Source: Terriglobia bacterium (GTDB taxonomy: Bacteria; Acidobacteriota; Terriglobia; 20CM-2-55-15). From it: 64,000 nt of DNA. This document shows positions 40,185-50,087 of the stretch, one piece after another. The stretch covers positions 480,001 to 544,000 of the forward strand of contig CBDAOY010000009.1 of assembly GCA_965198225.1 (NCBI GenBank), in the 5' to 3' direction. The notes under the pieces are model-generated. The model searched no databases and was not told where the DNA came from. It worked only from the letters and a program-made list of their open reading frames with translations. Every line of letters starts with the position of its first letter. Position 1 is the stretch's first letter. The position numbers were made by a program, and so were the translations under genes.

Positions 40185-40752
40185 GATCATCCGCGGCGCC
40201 GAGCGCGTCAAGAAGCCCAGGATCAGCCCGCCGCCCGGAGGCGTGGGTGGGCTGCCCCAGGACCACGTGATGACGGTCGAGAAACAGGCGTTCGAGAAGG
40301 GCTACCACGAAGGCGAACGAATGGGTAAACAGATGGGCGAGCAGATGATCGGAACGGTCGTCAAGCGTTACGACCAGAGTATTGTCCAGTTCGCGATTTC
40401 GCACAAATCCCTGGTCGAGTCGATGGAACTGGAAACCGTCCGGCTGGCGCTGGAGATCGCGAAGACGATATTGGAGCGGGAAGTCTCTACGGACCCGGAC
40501 GTCGTCAGCGCGCTGGCCACTCTGGCGCTGAAACGACTCGAGGGTCATCACGAGATTGCGCTGAAGGTCAGTTCGGACGACCTGGAGCGTGTCCGGGCCG
40601 CCATCGAGCACATCAATCCCGCGGTGAGTGTGGTTCCCGAACCCACGCTCGAGCGGGGTGACTTCCTCATCGACACGAGCAAGACGCACCTGGATGGGCG
40701 GATGATGAGCCGCATCAACGGCATCGGCCGCGTGCTGCTCGAACAATCCTGA
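40174..40752 (+). CDS. fliH: flagellar assembly protein FliH
   Basis: AFEKGYHEG GxxxG repeat; lies between fliG and fliI. Confidence 0.85.
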   Translation: MSSRIIRGAERVKKPRISPPPGGVGGLPQDHVMTVEKQAFEKGYHEGERMGKQMGEQMIGTVVKRYDQSIVQFAISHKSLVESMELETVRLALEIAKTILEREVSTDPDVVSALATLALKRLEGHHEIALKVSSDDLERVRAAIEHINPAVSVVPEPTLERGDFLIDTSKTHLDGRMMSRINGIGRVLLEQS

Positions 40753-40767
40753 AGAACCGCCGGGCTC

Positions 40768-42111
40768 ATGCCGAACCAGTTTGCCAAAGATTTGAACCTT
40801 GCCGAGCGCTACTCTCGCCTCGCCGAACTGGATTCGCTGATCGAATTCGGAGTCATCGACAAGGTGGTCGGTAACTCCATCGAATCCCATGGCCCGAACG
40901 CGACGACCGGCTCCATCTGCTGGGCTGAGAGCGGCGGGATAAAGATCCCGCTGGAAGTCGTCGGTTTCAACGAGGGCAAAGTGATCACGATGCCGCTCGG
41001 CAAGCTCGAAAGCGTCAAGCAGGGTGACCGTGTCTACGCGTCGGGCCGCGTCGCCACCGTCGGTGTCGGAGAAGAGTTGCTGGGTCGGGTCCTGGACGGC
41101 CTCGGTCGTCCAATCGACGAACGACCACTGCCCACCAGTCTGGGCGAGCAGGCGTTGTATGCCGAGCCGTCGAATCCGCTGACTCGAGACCCGATCCGAG
41201 ATCCTATTCAGACCGGTATTCGATCCATAGACGGATTGCTCACCTGTGGCATGGGCCAGCGAGTCGGGATCTTCGGCGGAAGTGGCGTGGGCAAGAGTAC
41301 CCTGCTGGGCATGATCGCCCGGTACACCAGCGCCGACCTCAACGTGATTGCGATGGTCGGCGAGCGAGGCCGCGAGGTCCGCGAGTTTATCGAGAACGAC
41401 CTCGGTGAAGACGGTCTGAAGCGGTCCGTCGTCTTTGTGTCGACCTCGGACCAGCCGGCGCTGGTGCGCATCCGCGCCGCGTTCGCGGCGACCGCGGCGG
41501 CCGAGTACTTCCAGAGGCAGGGGCACAACGTGCTGTTGATGATGGACTCGGTGACCCGGTTCGCGATGGCACAGCGAGAGGTGGGACTGGCAGCGGGAGA
41601 ACCGCCGTCGACGAAAGGGTACACGCCGTCGGTCTTTTCGCTGCTTCCCAGGCTTCTGGAGCGGGCGGGCAAGTTCGACGAGGGTAGCATCACCGCTTTC
41701 TACACGGTCCTGGTCGAAGGCGATGACATGAACGACCCGATCGCCGATTCGGTCCGCGCGATCCTGGACGGGCACATCGTGCTGGACCGCGAAATGGCCT
41801 CGAGGGGTCATTACCCGTGCATCGACCTGCTCTCCAGTAACAGCCGGCTCATGATGCAGATGGTGGACGCCCAACACCAGGCATCCGCAACCGAGATCCG
41901 AGACCTGCTCGGCACGCACAAGAAGGCGGAGGACTTGATCCAGATCGGCGCCTACAAGAGGGGTTCGAACCCACGCGTGGACACGGCGATCGACCGCCTC
42001 GATTCCATCAACGGCTTCCTGAAGCAGCCGGCCGAGGAGCGAGCCGACCTCGAGAGCACGCGTTCGAGTCTCCTCGAACTGGCGGCGGTGGGGCCCGAAG
42101 GGCCCCAGTAG
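40768..42111 (+). CDS. fliI: flagellar export ATPase FliI
   Basis: GGSGVGKST, GERGRE, DSVTRFA, DGHIVL. Confidence 0.96.
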   Translation: MPNQFAKDLNLAERYSRLAELDSLIEFGVIDKVVGNSIESHGPNATTGSICWAESGGIKIPLEVVGFNEGKVITMPLGKLESVKQGDRVYASGRVATVGVGEELLGRVLDGLGRPIDERPLPTSLGEQALYAEPSNPLTRDPIRDPIQTGIRSIDGLLTCGMGQRVGIFGGSGVGKSTLLGMIARYTSADLNVIAMVGERGREVREFIENDLGEDGLKRSVVFVSTSDQPALVRIRAAFAATAAAEYFQRQGHNVLLMMDSVTRFAMAQREVGLAAGEPPSTKGYTPSVFSLLPRLLERAGKFDEGSITAFYTVLVEGDDMNDPIADSVRAILDGHIVLDREMASRGHYPCIDLLSSNSRLMMQMVDAQHQASATEIRDLLGTHKKAEDLIQIGAYKRGSNPRVDTAIDRLDSINGFLKQPAEERADLESTRSSLLELAAVGPEGPQ

Positions 42112-42327
42112 GCCGTTTGGGGTCCTGCGGACCCGCGTAGGCCGTTGCCCGTTGAAGAAGAGCGGTGAACTCAGGGTAGTCTCAACGGACGCCGGCCTAC
42201 GGCCTGCTTCGTCCAGTGAAGCCGAAGACTAGACGCCGCCTCGATCGCCTGGAGCGACCGATGTCAGATTCCCCAACGGATAACGGCCTACGGCCTACGG
42301 ATAACGGCCTACGAACAACCAACCATA

Positions 42328-42783
42328 GTGAAGCCGGAAACCAAACAACGCCTCAATCGTCTGGACCGACTCATGTCCGTAAGACAGATCGCCGTCGATG
42401 CGGCCGAAGCCCGCGTCCGGGAGAGCGAGCGGGATATCCGGCGACTCGAGGGGCGGCTGGCGGAGGAGGCGGGAAAAATCCGCCGGGCGATGGAAGAATT
42501 TTCCCAGCCCGAAGGGGTCAGCGTCGAGGGTCTGCAGTGTACCGAAAAGTTTGTCGAAGCGACCGAAATCCGGTCTCTGCGAATCCGCCAAAACATTGAA
42601 AAAACAACTGCTAAGCTCGAAGAACGCCAGGTAGCCTTGAGGGAGGCTCTCACGGAGAAAAAGACCGTCGAAAAGCTGCGGGAACGCCAATTGCAACAAG
42701 CGGAGCGGGAAGAATCTGCAATGATGCAGAAAATAATCGACGAAACTTCCCTCGTCCGGCATGTTCGCAAGAGCCGGGCGTAA
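42328..42783 (+). CDS. fliJ: flagellar export protein FliJ
   Basis: Coiled-coil ~150 aa after fliI; EKLRE...QKIIDE. Confidence 0.75.
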   Translation: MKPETKQRLNRLDRLMSVRQIAVDAAEARVRESERDIRRLEGRLAEEAGKIRRAMEEFSQPEGVSVEGLQCTEKFVEATEIRSLRIRQNIEKTTAKLEERQVALREALTEKKTVEKLRERQLQQAEREESAMMQKIIDETSLVRHVRKSRA

Positions 42784-42798
42784 CTCACAGCTGAATAG

Positions 42799-44445
42799 AT
42801 GGAAGATCTGACACAGTTAAACCTGCCGATATCCCCACAGGGGGATCCTGCCGTTGCCGGCACTCCGATTGGGGACGCGGCCTCCGATCCTTCTTTGTTC
42901 GAGGCGTACCTGACGCAGGCGGCGGTCGAGGCCGAAGGTGAGGCCGGTGTTCCGGAAGGTGGAACGGATTTTTCAGGCGTCCTTGCCGAAACCGCTGAGA
43001 TTGCATCCCTTGCTGAAGCCGCCGAAATGTCCCCAGAGATAGACCTTTCTAAGTTTATTCGCGAATCGCTAGAGCGAGGGGCTGAGCCGCCGGTCGAGCA
43101 GCTGCCGGATTCAGAAACTCTTGACGTGCCCGAGATTCTCGAGGTGTTGGAACGCTTTGGCGACGACGCTGCGTCTGAGCCGCGGATGGAATCGACGGGG
43201 AAAGCCCCAGTCGAATCGCCCAGTAGGGTTTCCCACGGGGATTCGGTCCCGGTTGGCCGGCCCGTGCCGGAAGTCGTATCCGGGGAGCAGACGCCTACTC
43301 TTTCCCGGACCGGCGCAGCCGAGAACGTTGAACCGGATGTCGACATTCCCCTCGAGAAGCGAAGCAGTGTTCGACCGCAAGACGCTAGACAGGCGAACCC
43401 GGGTAACGATGAGACGTTCAGCGCTGCAGCTAGAGAAATCAGCGTGTCGGGCCCGGCCCCACGAGAGGCTGGCGTCTCGCTCGAAGCACTCGACCTGGAA
43501 AGTCGCGGTGTGCGAAAGCTCGCGATCGATCTGGATCCAGATGCCGCGCCACAGACAGCCAGGCAGGCGCCGACTTCAAATGGTCCAAACACCGGATCGG
43601 TCGTGTCGAAGGTCTCACAGCCTTCTGAAACAGCCCTTCGCTCGGAGCTGCCCTCCCGAACGCCGGTCGTGGTTGCGACCCGGCCCCGTGACGTCGACGG
43701 CACCTACAGGGTGAATTCCGACGCAGCCTCTGAGGCAGCGGATCTGCTGGCCCGTCTCGAAGCGCGCACGAACGCGCCACGTCCGACAGAAGCCGCGCTC
43801 CGATTGCCCGTCGAAGAGCTGCCTCTCGTCCGTACCGCCGTCGATCAACTCGTGACGTCCCATCCAGTGTGGAAGGAGGTCGCCATCGCATCGAGGCAGT
43901 TCAGTCCGGCCCGCTCCGCTGCCGCGCAGCCATCCGTCGCCTCGGCAGAGACGAAGGATGCCGGCACGATCGTGCAGATGTCGGCGGACGTTCCGAATCA
44001 AAGCGACCGCTTCCAACGTCAGGACGCCCCACAGCAGGTAGCCCCTCCTCAACCCGTAAGACCAGTGGCGGACACGACGTTTTCGCTCGAACCCGCTCGA
44101 CGGGTGACCATGATGCTCGGAGACGCCGACGCTGAGGTACGTGTCCAGATCCGGGACCACCAGGGTGAGGTTTCGCTCCGATTCGATGCGCCCGCAGTCC
44201 TTCGCTCCGGCCTGGAGGGCTCCGTCCACAGCCTGGTCGAATCGCTGAGCCGCGAACAGGTTCCGGTGTCGGAAGTCATGTTCTCCGGTCGCTTCGACAC
44301 GGGCACCGACTCGAATCATTCGCAGAGCGGAAACCCGCATTCCCCCAAAAAGCACGCATCCACGATGGGTGAAGTCGAGGATGCCTCCTTCACCACCCAC
44401 TTCGAATCGTCGGCCGAGGGTTCGTTAGTCAACCTCCACGCGTAG
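42799..44445 (+). CDS. fliK: flagellar hook-length control protein FliK-like
   Basis: Low-complexity N-terminus, C-terminal T3S4-like region, upstream of flgD. Confidence 0.65.
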   Translation: MEDLTQLNLPISPQGDPAVAGTPIGDAASDPSLFEAYLTQAAVEAEGEAGVPEGGTDFSGVLAETAEIASLAEAAEMSPEIDLSKFIRESLERGAEPPVEQLPDSETLDVPEILEVLERFGDDAASEPRMESTGKAPVESPSRVSHGDSVPVGRPVPEVVSGEQTPTLSRTGAAENVEPDVDIPLEKRSSVRPQDARQANPGNDETFSAAAREISVSGPAPREAGVSLEALDLESRGVRKLAIDLDPDAAPQTARQAPTSNGPNTGSVVSKVSQPSETALRSELPSRTPVVVATRPRDVDGTYRVNSDAASEAADLLARLEARTNAPRPTEAALRLPVEELPLVRTAVDQLVTSHPVWKEVAIASRQFSPARSAAAQPSVASAETKDAGTIVQMSADVPNQSDRFQRQDAPQQVAPPQPVRPVADTTFSLEPARRVTMMLGDADAEVRVQIRDHQGEVSLRFDAPAVLRSGLEGSVHSLVESLSREQVPVSEVMFSGRFDTGTDSNHSQSGNPHSPKKHASTMGEVEDASFTTHFESSAEGSLVNLHA

Positions 44446-44580
44446 TGCAGGAGCGGCGGATCCGTCCGCTTATCCTGCGTCAAGCTTGCTCGGCCGTACT
44501 CAACGTATTTCATATACGCCTCCGTCGTCCTCGCGGCGCATTCCTTGTCTAAGCGAACGCCTCCACCGCTCTCGAAAGTT
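44443..44580. mobile_element. diverged relative of the MITE-like element
   Basis: Shares AGCGGCGGAT, CATATACGCCTCC, CCTTGTCT and CTCCACCGCT blocks in the same order. Confidence 0.5.
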
Positions 44581-44827
44581 CTTGATGTCTTCGGGAATTC
44601 CGGGCGTCCACTGATTACCGACTACCGACTACCGACTACCGACTACCGACTACTGGCAACTAGGCCCGCCGCGTCGTCGTCCGGGGGAGGCAAACACTTA
44701 TCGTCACGGCGCGCCTCCAACATGAGAAAAAACTGCCGGGTGGGGATATTTTTCAAGAGCAATGACTTCGATCCAAGGTTCAAGCATCAATGAATGCCAT
44801 GGTTTGTGAGCGAGAAGGATTCGGTAG

Positions 44828-44844
44828 CTGGCGTGCGATATGCA
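44828..44844 (+). promoter_or_regulatory. sigma54 promoter of flgDE
   Basis: CTGGCGTGCGATATGCA. Confidence 0.6.
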
Positions 44845-44862
44845 GGACCGAGGAGGCAGTTA

Positions 44863-45165
44863 ATGCTTGAATCAATTACTTCGACTCCCGTGGCGAAAGA
44901 GCTCCAGCTCACGGCCACGAAGGCACAGGAACAGAAGTCTCAGTTCCTGCAGCTCCTGGTCGCGCAGATGAAGGGACAGGATCCCATGAACCCGATGGAC
45001 GGTGCCGAGTTCGTTGCGCAACTTGCGCAATTCAGCAGCCTTGAAGAGCTGATCAACATCCGGAGTGTGATGGAGGATGTCCATCAGTCCCTGGAACACC
45101 AGAAGAGTCCTGATGAGAGCGGGAACGCCAATGATCCCGACCCATCTCAAATTTTTGGCGAATAA
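44863..45165 (+). CDS. flgD: flagellar hook capping protein FlgD (short)
   Basis: FLQLLVAQMKGQDPMNPMD..EFVAQLAQFSSLE; GAGGAGG RBS. Confidence 0.93.
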   Translation: MLESITSTPVAKELQLTATKAQEQKSQFLQLLVAQMKGQDPMNPMDGAEFVAQLAQFSSLEELINIRSVMEDVHQSLEHQKSPDESGNANDPDPSQIFGE

Positions 45166-45174
45166 GGAGAGTTA

Positions 45175-46536
45175 ATGGGTTTCAACACCTTTTCGACAGC
45201 GCTATCCGGTCTGTCGACCAACACACAGGGTCTCAACGTCGTGGGGAACAACCTGGCGAACATCAACACCGTCGGTTACAAGGCCACGAGCATTTCCTTC
45301 ATGGAGGTGCTGGGCCAGAAGGTGAGTGCCGGGGGAACCGCGAAATCCTCGAGCAGCGGCCACGTCGGCCTCGGGGCCACCGTCGGAAACATCAGTGGTA
45401 ATTTCACACAGGGCGGTGTCGAGACAACGAACAACCCGACCGATGTCGCGATCCAGGGCTCCGGCTTCTTTGTCGTGAGCGACGGTGCCGGAACCTTCTA
45501 CACGCGGGGCGGTAATTTCCACACCGACGCGGACGGCAACCTGGTGACGGCTACGGGCCACTTCGTCCAGGGTTACATCAAGAATGCTACTAGTGGAGTC
45601 ATCGACGAGAACTCCAACCCCGTGAACGTCAAGATACCTTCGACGACCGGGAACTCGAGCCCGACGGAAACGGTCGAACTCGCGTTCAACCTGGACGGCA
45701 GTTCCGCGGTCGGCGACACGTTCTCGACCACGTTCCAGACCTACGATACGCTGGGCGCGCCTCATCTGGCGACCATCAGCTTCGTCAAGAGCGCCACAAG
45801 TGCTACCGAAACGAGATGGAAATTCGACGTCACCGTACCGCATAAGGACATGACCGGTATCGCGTCGACCAGCACCGACAACTTCAGCCTGCTCACAGGT
45901 GCGATCGCAACAACGCCGATCACAGCCGGTGGCCTGGTGTTCGATTCCAACGGTAAGCTCAAGTCTAGTTATATAGGCACGGAGCCGGCCACGCTGCCTG
46001 CGGCGGCGAACCTCAAGGTCCCTCCCACTGGAATCACGATACCGTCGTTCGGCAACAGCGCCACTCTCAGCTCGAACGGGATGACCTGGAAGCTGATCAG
46101 CGCCAGCGGGGCGCCTAATGCCACCGGACTGGCCGCCGTGAACAACGTGACCTTCAACACCCAGGACGGTGTGCCGCCGGGAGACATGAATTCACTGCTG
46201 ATCCAGGGCGACGGGTCGCTCGCCGGCGTGTTCAGCAACGGTTTGACGGTCGTCGTGGCCAAGATTGCGTTGGCTCAGTTCAACAACGAGAACGGTCTTA
46301 GTGTGCAAGGGAGCGGACTGTTCACCGAGTCCGCCGCGTCCGGTTCGGTCATCCTGGGCACTCCTGGGCAAGGCGGCCGAGGCCGGCTTGTCGGCGGGTC
46401 TCTGGAGCTATTCAACGTCGATCTGGCTGCCGAATTCACCAAGATCATCACTTTCCAGCGCGGTTATCAGGCCAATGCCCGGATGTTGACCACGACCGAC
46501 CAGATCCTTCAGGAAACCATGAACCTGAGAAACTAG
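45175..46536 (+). CDS. flgE: flagellar hook protein FlgE
   Basis: GNNLANINTVGYK, YTRGGNF, YDTLG, QRGYQANAR. Confidence 0.96.
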   Translation: MGFNTFSTALSGLSTNTQGLNVVGNNLANINTVGYKATSISFMEVLGQKVSAGGTAKSSSSGHVGLGATVGNISGNFTQGGVETTNNPTDVAIQGSGFFVVSDGAGTFYTRGGNFHTDADGNLVTATGHFVQGYIKNATSGVIDENSNPVNVKIPSTTGNSSPTETVELAFNLDGSSAVGDTFSTTFQTYDTLGAPHLATISFVKSATSATETRWKFDVTVPHKDMTGIASTSTDNFSLLTGAIATTPITAGGLVFDSNGKLKSSYIGTEPATLPAAANLKVPPTGITIPSFGNSATLSSNGMTWKLISASGAPNATGLAAVNNVTFNTQDGVPPGDMNSLLIQGDGSLAGVFSNGLTVVVAKIALAQFNNENGLSVQGSGLFTESAASGSVILGTPGQGGRGRLVGGSLELFNVDLAAEFTKIITFQRGYQANARMLTTTDQILQETMNLRN

Positions 46537-46579
46537 GTTCGGTGAAGTGAATGCGGGTCAGGGCCGCATGAGCTGAAAC

Positions 46580-46615
46580 GAGCAGGGGGCGTCGCCAGGA
46601 CTCCCCCTGCTCTTT
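46580..46615 (+). terminator. intrinsic terminator after flgE
   Basis: GAGCAGGGGG...CCCCCTGCTC-TTT. Confidence 0.7.
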
Positions 46616-46714
46616 GACTGACTACCGGCAACGGGCAACGGCCTACGGATAACGGCCTACGCGCTACTTCCCCGTTGCCAAACAGCGTGTCGGTTGTGTA
46701 CCTTCTCTTGGGCC

Positions 46715-46933
46715 ATGAGCGAAGACTGGAGTCCACCGGAATCGGAATTGAAGTTCCTGAGAGACGCGATTCACGACCTGAACAATCGCGTCGGCGTCAT
46801 CCTGGCTACGTCCGAGCTTCTGCAGCTGGATGCGGCCGACGGTAAACCAAGAAGTCGCTGCCAGTTGATTGAGCAAAAATCTCTGGAGGCGCGAGAAATC
46901 CTCTCGAGGATGTCGGAGCGCTACTTTGACTGA
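46715..46933 (+). CDS. small stand-alone HisKA/DHp-like protein
   Basis: RDAIHDLNNRVGVILATSELL H-box helix; no ATPase domain. Confidence 0.6.
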   Translation: MSEDWSPPESELKFLRDAIHDLNNRVGVILATSELLQLDAADGKPRSRCQLIEQKSLEAREILSRMSERYFD

Positions 46934-47107
46934 GCTTAGCAGCCCGCGGGCTGCTTGTGCCCGTCAACCCGTTGGCTGCGCGCGGTAGTTTTGTTGACAG
47001 TTCTCTCGGGTTTGCCGGCTCCGGGCGCGGCACCCGTAGTCCTGCGCCTGTTTGTAACCCCTTCTTTAGATACGAGTTCGCCTGCCTTACCGCGAGCCCT
47101 CCGGCGC

Positions 47108-47124
47108 TTGGTACAGCGCTTGCA
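47108..47124 (+). promoter_or_regulatory. sigma54 promoter of the fliL operon
   Basis: TTGGTACAGCGCTTGCA. Confidence 0.75.
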
Positions 47125-47163
47125 TCCTAGTCCGCCTGTAAACATCCCTTGCGGAGGCGTACT

Positions 47164-47727
47164 GTGTCCGAGGAAAAAGCTGCTGCAGTAGAGAGTTCTC
47201 CCGGAGTCAAGAGCTCTGGCGGAGTCAAGAGTTTAGGATCTTCTCTCGTGAAGGCGCTTCTGGTTGTCGTTCTCGTACTCGTGTCGAGCGCCGGTGGTGG
47301 CGTGGTGTCCTGGGTCCTCATCGTCCGCAGCGGCGTCCTGGCGATGTCTGCCGGACCGGCCGAGGAACACTCACCGGACGACGAAGCCGAAGCCTTGCGC
47401 GAACTTCTAGCCAATGGTGCGGTCCTGGCCCTCGATCCTTTCGTCGTCAACCTGGCCGATACCGATTCACCCCGGTACCTGCGCGTCACGATCACCCTGA
47501 TGATCGACGACAAAGCGGCGCTGGCACATGTCAGCGAAAACACGGCGATTCTGTCGAAAACCCGGGACGTGATCCTGCAGACATTGAGTCGTAAGAGGTC
47601 CGACCAGATCATCGACGAAGCCGGGAAACACGATCTGCGAACCGAGATTCTTGCCAAACTCGACCCGATCTACCACGAACCCAAAGTCGTCGACGTCATG
47701 TTCACCGAATTCGTGATTCAGCTATGA
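47164..47727 (+). CDS. fliL: flagellar basal body protein FliL
   Basis: TM segment, LDPFVVNLAD, FTEFVIQ. Confidence 0.93.
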   Translation: MSEEKAAAVESSPGVKSSGGVKSLGSSLVKALLVVVLVLVSSAGGGVVSWVLIVRSGVLAMSAGPAEEHSPDDEAEALRELLANGAVLALDPFVVNLADTDSPRYLRVTITLMIDDKAALAHVSENTAILSKTRDVILQTLSRKRSDQIIDEAGKHDLRTEILAKLDPIYHEPKVVDVMFTEFVIQL

Positions 47728-48083
47728 GCGAAAGCGAGATCGTCCCCAGCCCGCCAACCGAGCCTCCGGTTCCGATCGAGCCGCCGGCTCCGGTCGGGCC
47801 GGCGCGGCCACCCGTTGCACCGGCACCACCCCCGGTTTCCCCGGCGGTGGGCCAACTGAAGGGTTTCGCCGATGTCCCGCTCCATCTCGCGATCGAGATC
47901 GGTCGTCTGCAGGTCAGCGTGGGCGAACTCATGTCGATGAAGGACGGGTCGATCTTCAAGATCCCGAAGGCGGCGGGGGAGCCGTTCGATATCTGCGCGA
48001 ACGGTCAGGCTGTCGCCTGCGGGGAAGTGATCGTCGTCGAGAACAGCTCGGGAGTCCGGCTTACGGAAGTCCTGAAGCTGTGA
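47724..48083 (+). CDS. fliN: FliN/SpoA domain protein with Pro-rich N-terminus
   Basis: DVPL.L.IEIG, AGEP..I.ANG..VA.GEVIVV...GVRLTE. Confidence 0.8.
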   Translation: MSESEIVPSPPTEPPVPIEPPAPVGPARPPVAPAPPPVSPAVGQLKGFADVPLHLAIEIGRLQVSVGELMSMKDGSIFKIPKAAGEPFDICANGQAVACGEVIVVENSSGVRLTEVLKL

Positions 48084-48093
48084 GGGTCTTCCA

Positions 48094-48330
48094 TTGCCCT
48101 ATTTTCAAGTCATCGGAGCGTTATTTCTGATCGTCGGGCTGCTCGTGGCCGGCCTGCAGGTGCTGAAGAAGTATGTGCCGTCGATGGCCGGGAACACCGA
48201 CATGTCCGTCGTCGAACAGCTGCACCTGGGTGACCGCTGTCGCGTCGTTGTCGTTCGGGTCCGTGACGAAGAGCTCCTTCTGGGTGTCACGAAGGAAGCC
48301 GTCTCGATCCTCGAGAAACTGGAAAAATGA
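48094..48330 (+). CDS. fliO: flagellar biosynthesis protein FliO (short)
   Basis: TM segment plus LLLGVT motif; precedes fliP. Confidence 0.8.
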   Translation: MPYFQVIGALFLIVGLLVAGLQVLKKYVPSMAGNTDMSVVEQLHLGDRCRVVVVRVRDEELLLGVTKEAVSILEKLEK

Positions 48331-49037
48331 GCTTCCTGCCCTCGCCACTATTCCTGACCCTGATTCAGGCCGCGCCCAGCATCAGCATCGACAGCGGAGA
48401 CGGCCAGATTCAGATGAATCTGCCGGTCCAGATGCTGATCCTTTTGACGCTTCTGACTTTCTTGCCGTCGATCATCATCTCGCTGTCGTCGTTCACGCGG
48501 ATCATCATCGTTTTTCACTTTCTCCGCCAGGCCATGGGTACGCAGTCGGCGCCGTCCAACCAGATCCTGATCGGACTGGCGCTGTTCGTGTCGTTCTTCG
48601 TGATGAGCCCGACCCTGACGGACATGTACGACAACGCCTACGTCCCGTGGTCGAACGGTGAGATCGACGAGGTCATGGCGATCGAAACGGGTGCTGCTTC
48701 GTTGAAGACGTTCATGCTGACCCACGCGCGCGAGAAGGACCTCAAGCTCTTCAGCGATCTATCGGGCGAGGAGCCGCCGAGCGGTCCCGAGGATCTTTCG
48801 ATGAAAACAGTCATACCCGGTTTCATCATTTCGGAAGTCAAGACGGCCTTCCAGATCGGATTCGTGCTCTTCCTGCCGTTCCTGGTCATCGACATGGTCG
48901 TCGCGTCCGTACTGCTGTCGATGGGAATGATGCAGCTGCCACCCGTGATGGTTTCTCTCCCGTTCAAGGTATTGCTTTTCATCATGGTCGACGGATGGAA
49001 CCTGGTTATCTCGTCTCTGGTGAAGAGTTATGCCTGA
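48327..49037 (+). CDS. fliP: flagellar export protein FliP
   Basis: SSFTRIII, PSNQ, AFQIGF, PFKVLLF..VDGW. Confidence 0.96.
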   Translation: MSFLPSPLFLTLIQAAPSISIDSGDGQIQMNLPVQMLILLTLLTFLPSIIISLSSFTRIIIVFHFLRQAMGTQSAPSNQILIGLALFVSFFVMSPTLTDMYDNAYVPWSNGEIDEVMAIETGAASLKTFMLTHAREKDLKLFSDLSGEEPPSGPEDLSMKTVIPGFIISEVKTAFQIGFVLFLPFLVIDMVVASVLLSMGMMQLPPVMVSLPFKVLLFIMVDGWNLVISSLVKSYA

Positions 49038-49299
49038 TGAACTTGTCGTCCGTCTGGCGGCCCAGTCCTTGCACACCGTCCTGTTGGTTTCAGCACCGAT
49101 GCTCGGCGCGGGACTGGTTGTCGGTATCGGTGTCAGCCTGGCCCAGGTCATTACCTCGATCCAGGATATGGCCCTGGCGTTCGTCCCGCGCATCATCGTG
49201 ACGTTCGTAGTCTTCCTCATCATCTTTCCCTGGATGATGAGCTACATGGTTTCCTACACGACGATGTTACTGGGTTCATTCGACCCTTACGTTCAGTAG
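49030..49299 (+). CDS. fliQ: flagellar export protein FliQ
   Basis: Q..TSIQD..LAFVPR, PWM. Confidence 0.93.
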   Translation: MPDELVVRLAAQSLHTVLLVSAPMLGAGLVVGIGVSLAQVITSIQDMALAFVPRIIVTFVVFLIIFPWMMSYMVSYTTMLLGSFDPYVQ

Positions 49300-49336
49300 C
49301 TTTTCTGAACGACCATCGCTTTTCTGAACGACTGTC

Positions 49337-50086
49337 ATGGACGACGTTTTCGCGCTGCAACTCCCGTACTTCCAGGTCATCCACATCCTCGTGGTGTCGA
49401 TCCGGATCGGATCGATGCTTCTGTTCGCGCCCATCTGGGGAAGCCCGGCGATACCGCGCCCGGTGCGGTTGCTGCTGGTGTTTGCGACGGCCGCGGGCGT
49501 CTCGACGGTCATCCCGTTCAATCAAGCCGCCTACCAGCGCCCCGAGCTCGTTTTACCGGGTGAATTCTTCATCGGTCTCCTTCTGGGCATGGGTATCCGC
49601 ATCGCCTTTGCGGCACTCCAGTTCGGCGGGCACATGGTGGGGTTCAGCCTCGGTTTTTCGGCGGTCCAGGCGATCGACCCGCAGACGCAGAACCGTTCAA
49701 CCCTCATGGCCGGCTATTTCACCATGATGGGCTACGCCCTGTTTCTCGGGTCCGACCAGCACCATGAATTCATACGTGCGATGGCGTTCAGCTACGAGAC
49801 GTTTCCCGTCGGCGGGATGCCGGCGGTCGAGACCTGGTTCGAGCTGCTCATGTCGACGGCCGGCAATATCTTCGTGGTCGGTTGGAAGATCGGATTCCCG
49901 CTGTTCCTGGTCGTTCTGCTGACGGACATGTCGGTTGGATTCGTCTCGAGGATGCAACCGCAGTTCAACACCATCGTTCTGGCGATGCCTCTGAAGGTAG
50001 TCGTCGGCCTGGCGGCCCTCGGCGCCTCTCTGGCGACCTTCCCGTCGATGATTCAGGAGATTTCGGATTTCGTCGTTCTGAGATGA
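49337..50086 (+). CDS. fliR: flagellar export protein FliR
   Basis: Multi-TM; QFGG..G, DPQ, SRMQPQFN, PLK. Confidence 0.92.
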   Translation: MDDVFALQLPYFQVIHILVVSIRIGSMLLFAPIWGSPAIPRPVRLLLVFATAAGVSTVIPFNQAAYQRPELVLPGEFFIGLLLGMGIRIAFAALQFGGHMVGFSLGFSAVQAIDPQTQNRSTLMAGYFTMMGYALFLGSDQHHEFIRAMAFSYETFPVGGMPAVETWFELLMSTAGNIFVVGWKIGFPLFLVVLLTDMSVGFVSRMQPQFNTIVLAMPLKVVVGLAALGASLATFPSMIQEISDFVVLR

Positions 50087-50087
50087 C

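Noticed and set aside
40144-41919. Long antisense ORFs (also 4218-5720, 42309-43703, 51726-53327)
   Set aside because: They are shadows of well-supported genes in GC-rich DNA and show no recognisable motifs.
46400-46425. FlgE reads LELFNVD instead of the usual LExSNVD
   Set aside because: A single-base difference that could be a sequencing error or a neutral variant.
46960-47070. Possible c-di-GMP-I riboswitch (GGCAAACC on the minus strand)
   Set aside because: The motif order is wrong, the GAAA/GACGCAAAG core is absent, and it points away from fliL.
49299-49332. 15-bp direct repeat (period 19) between fliQ and fliR
   Set aside because: A single short duplication with no other copies seen; probably slippage.
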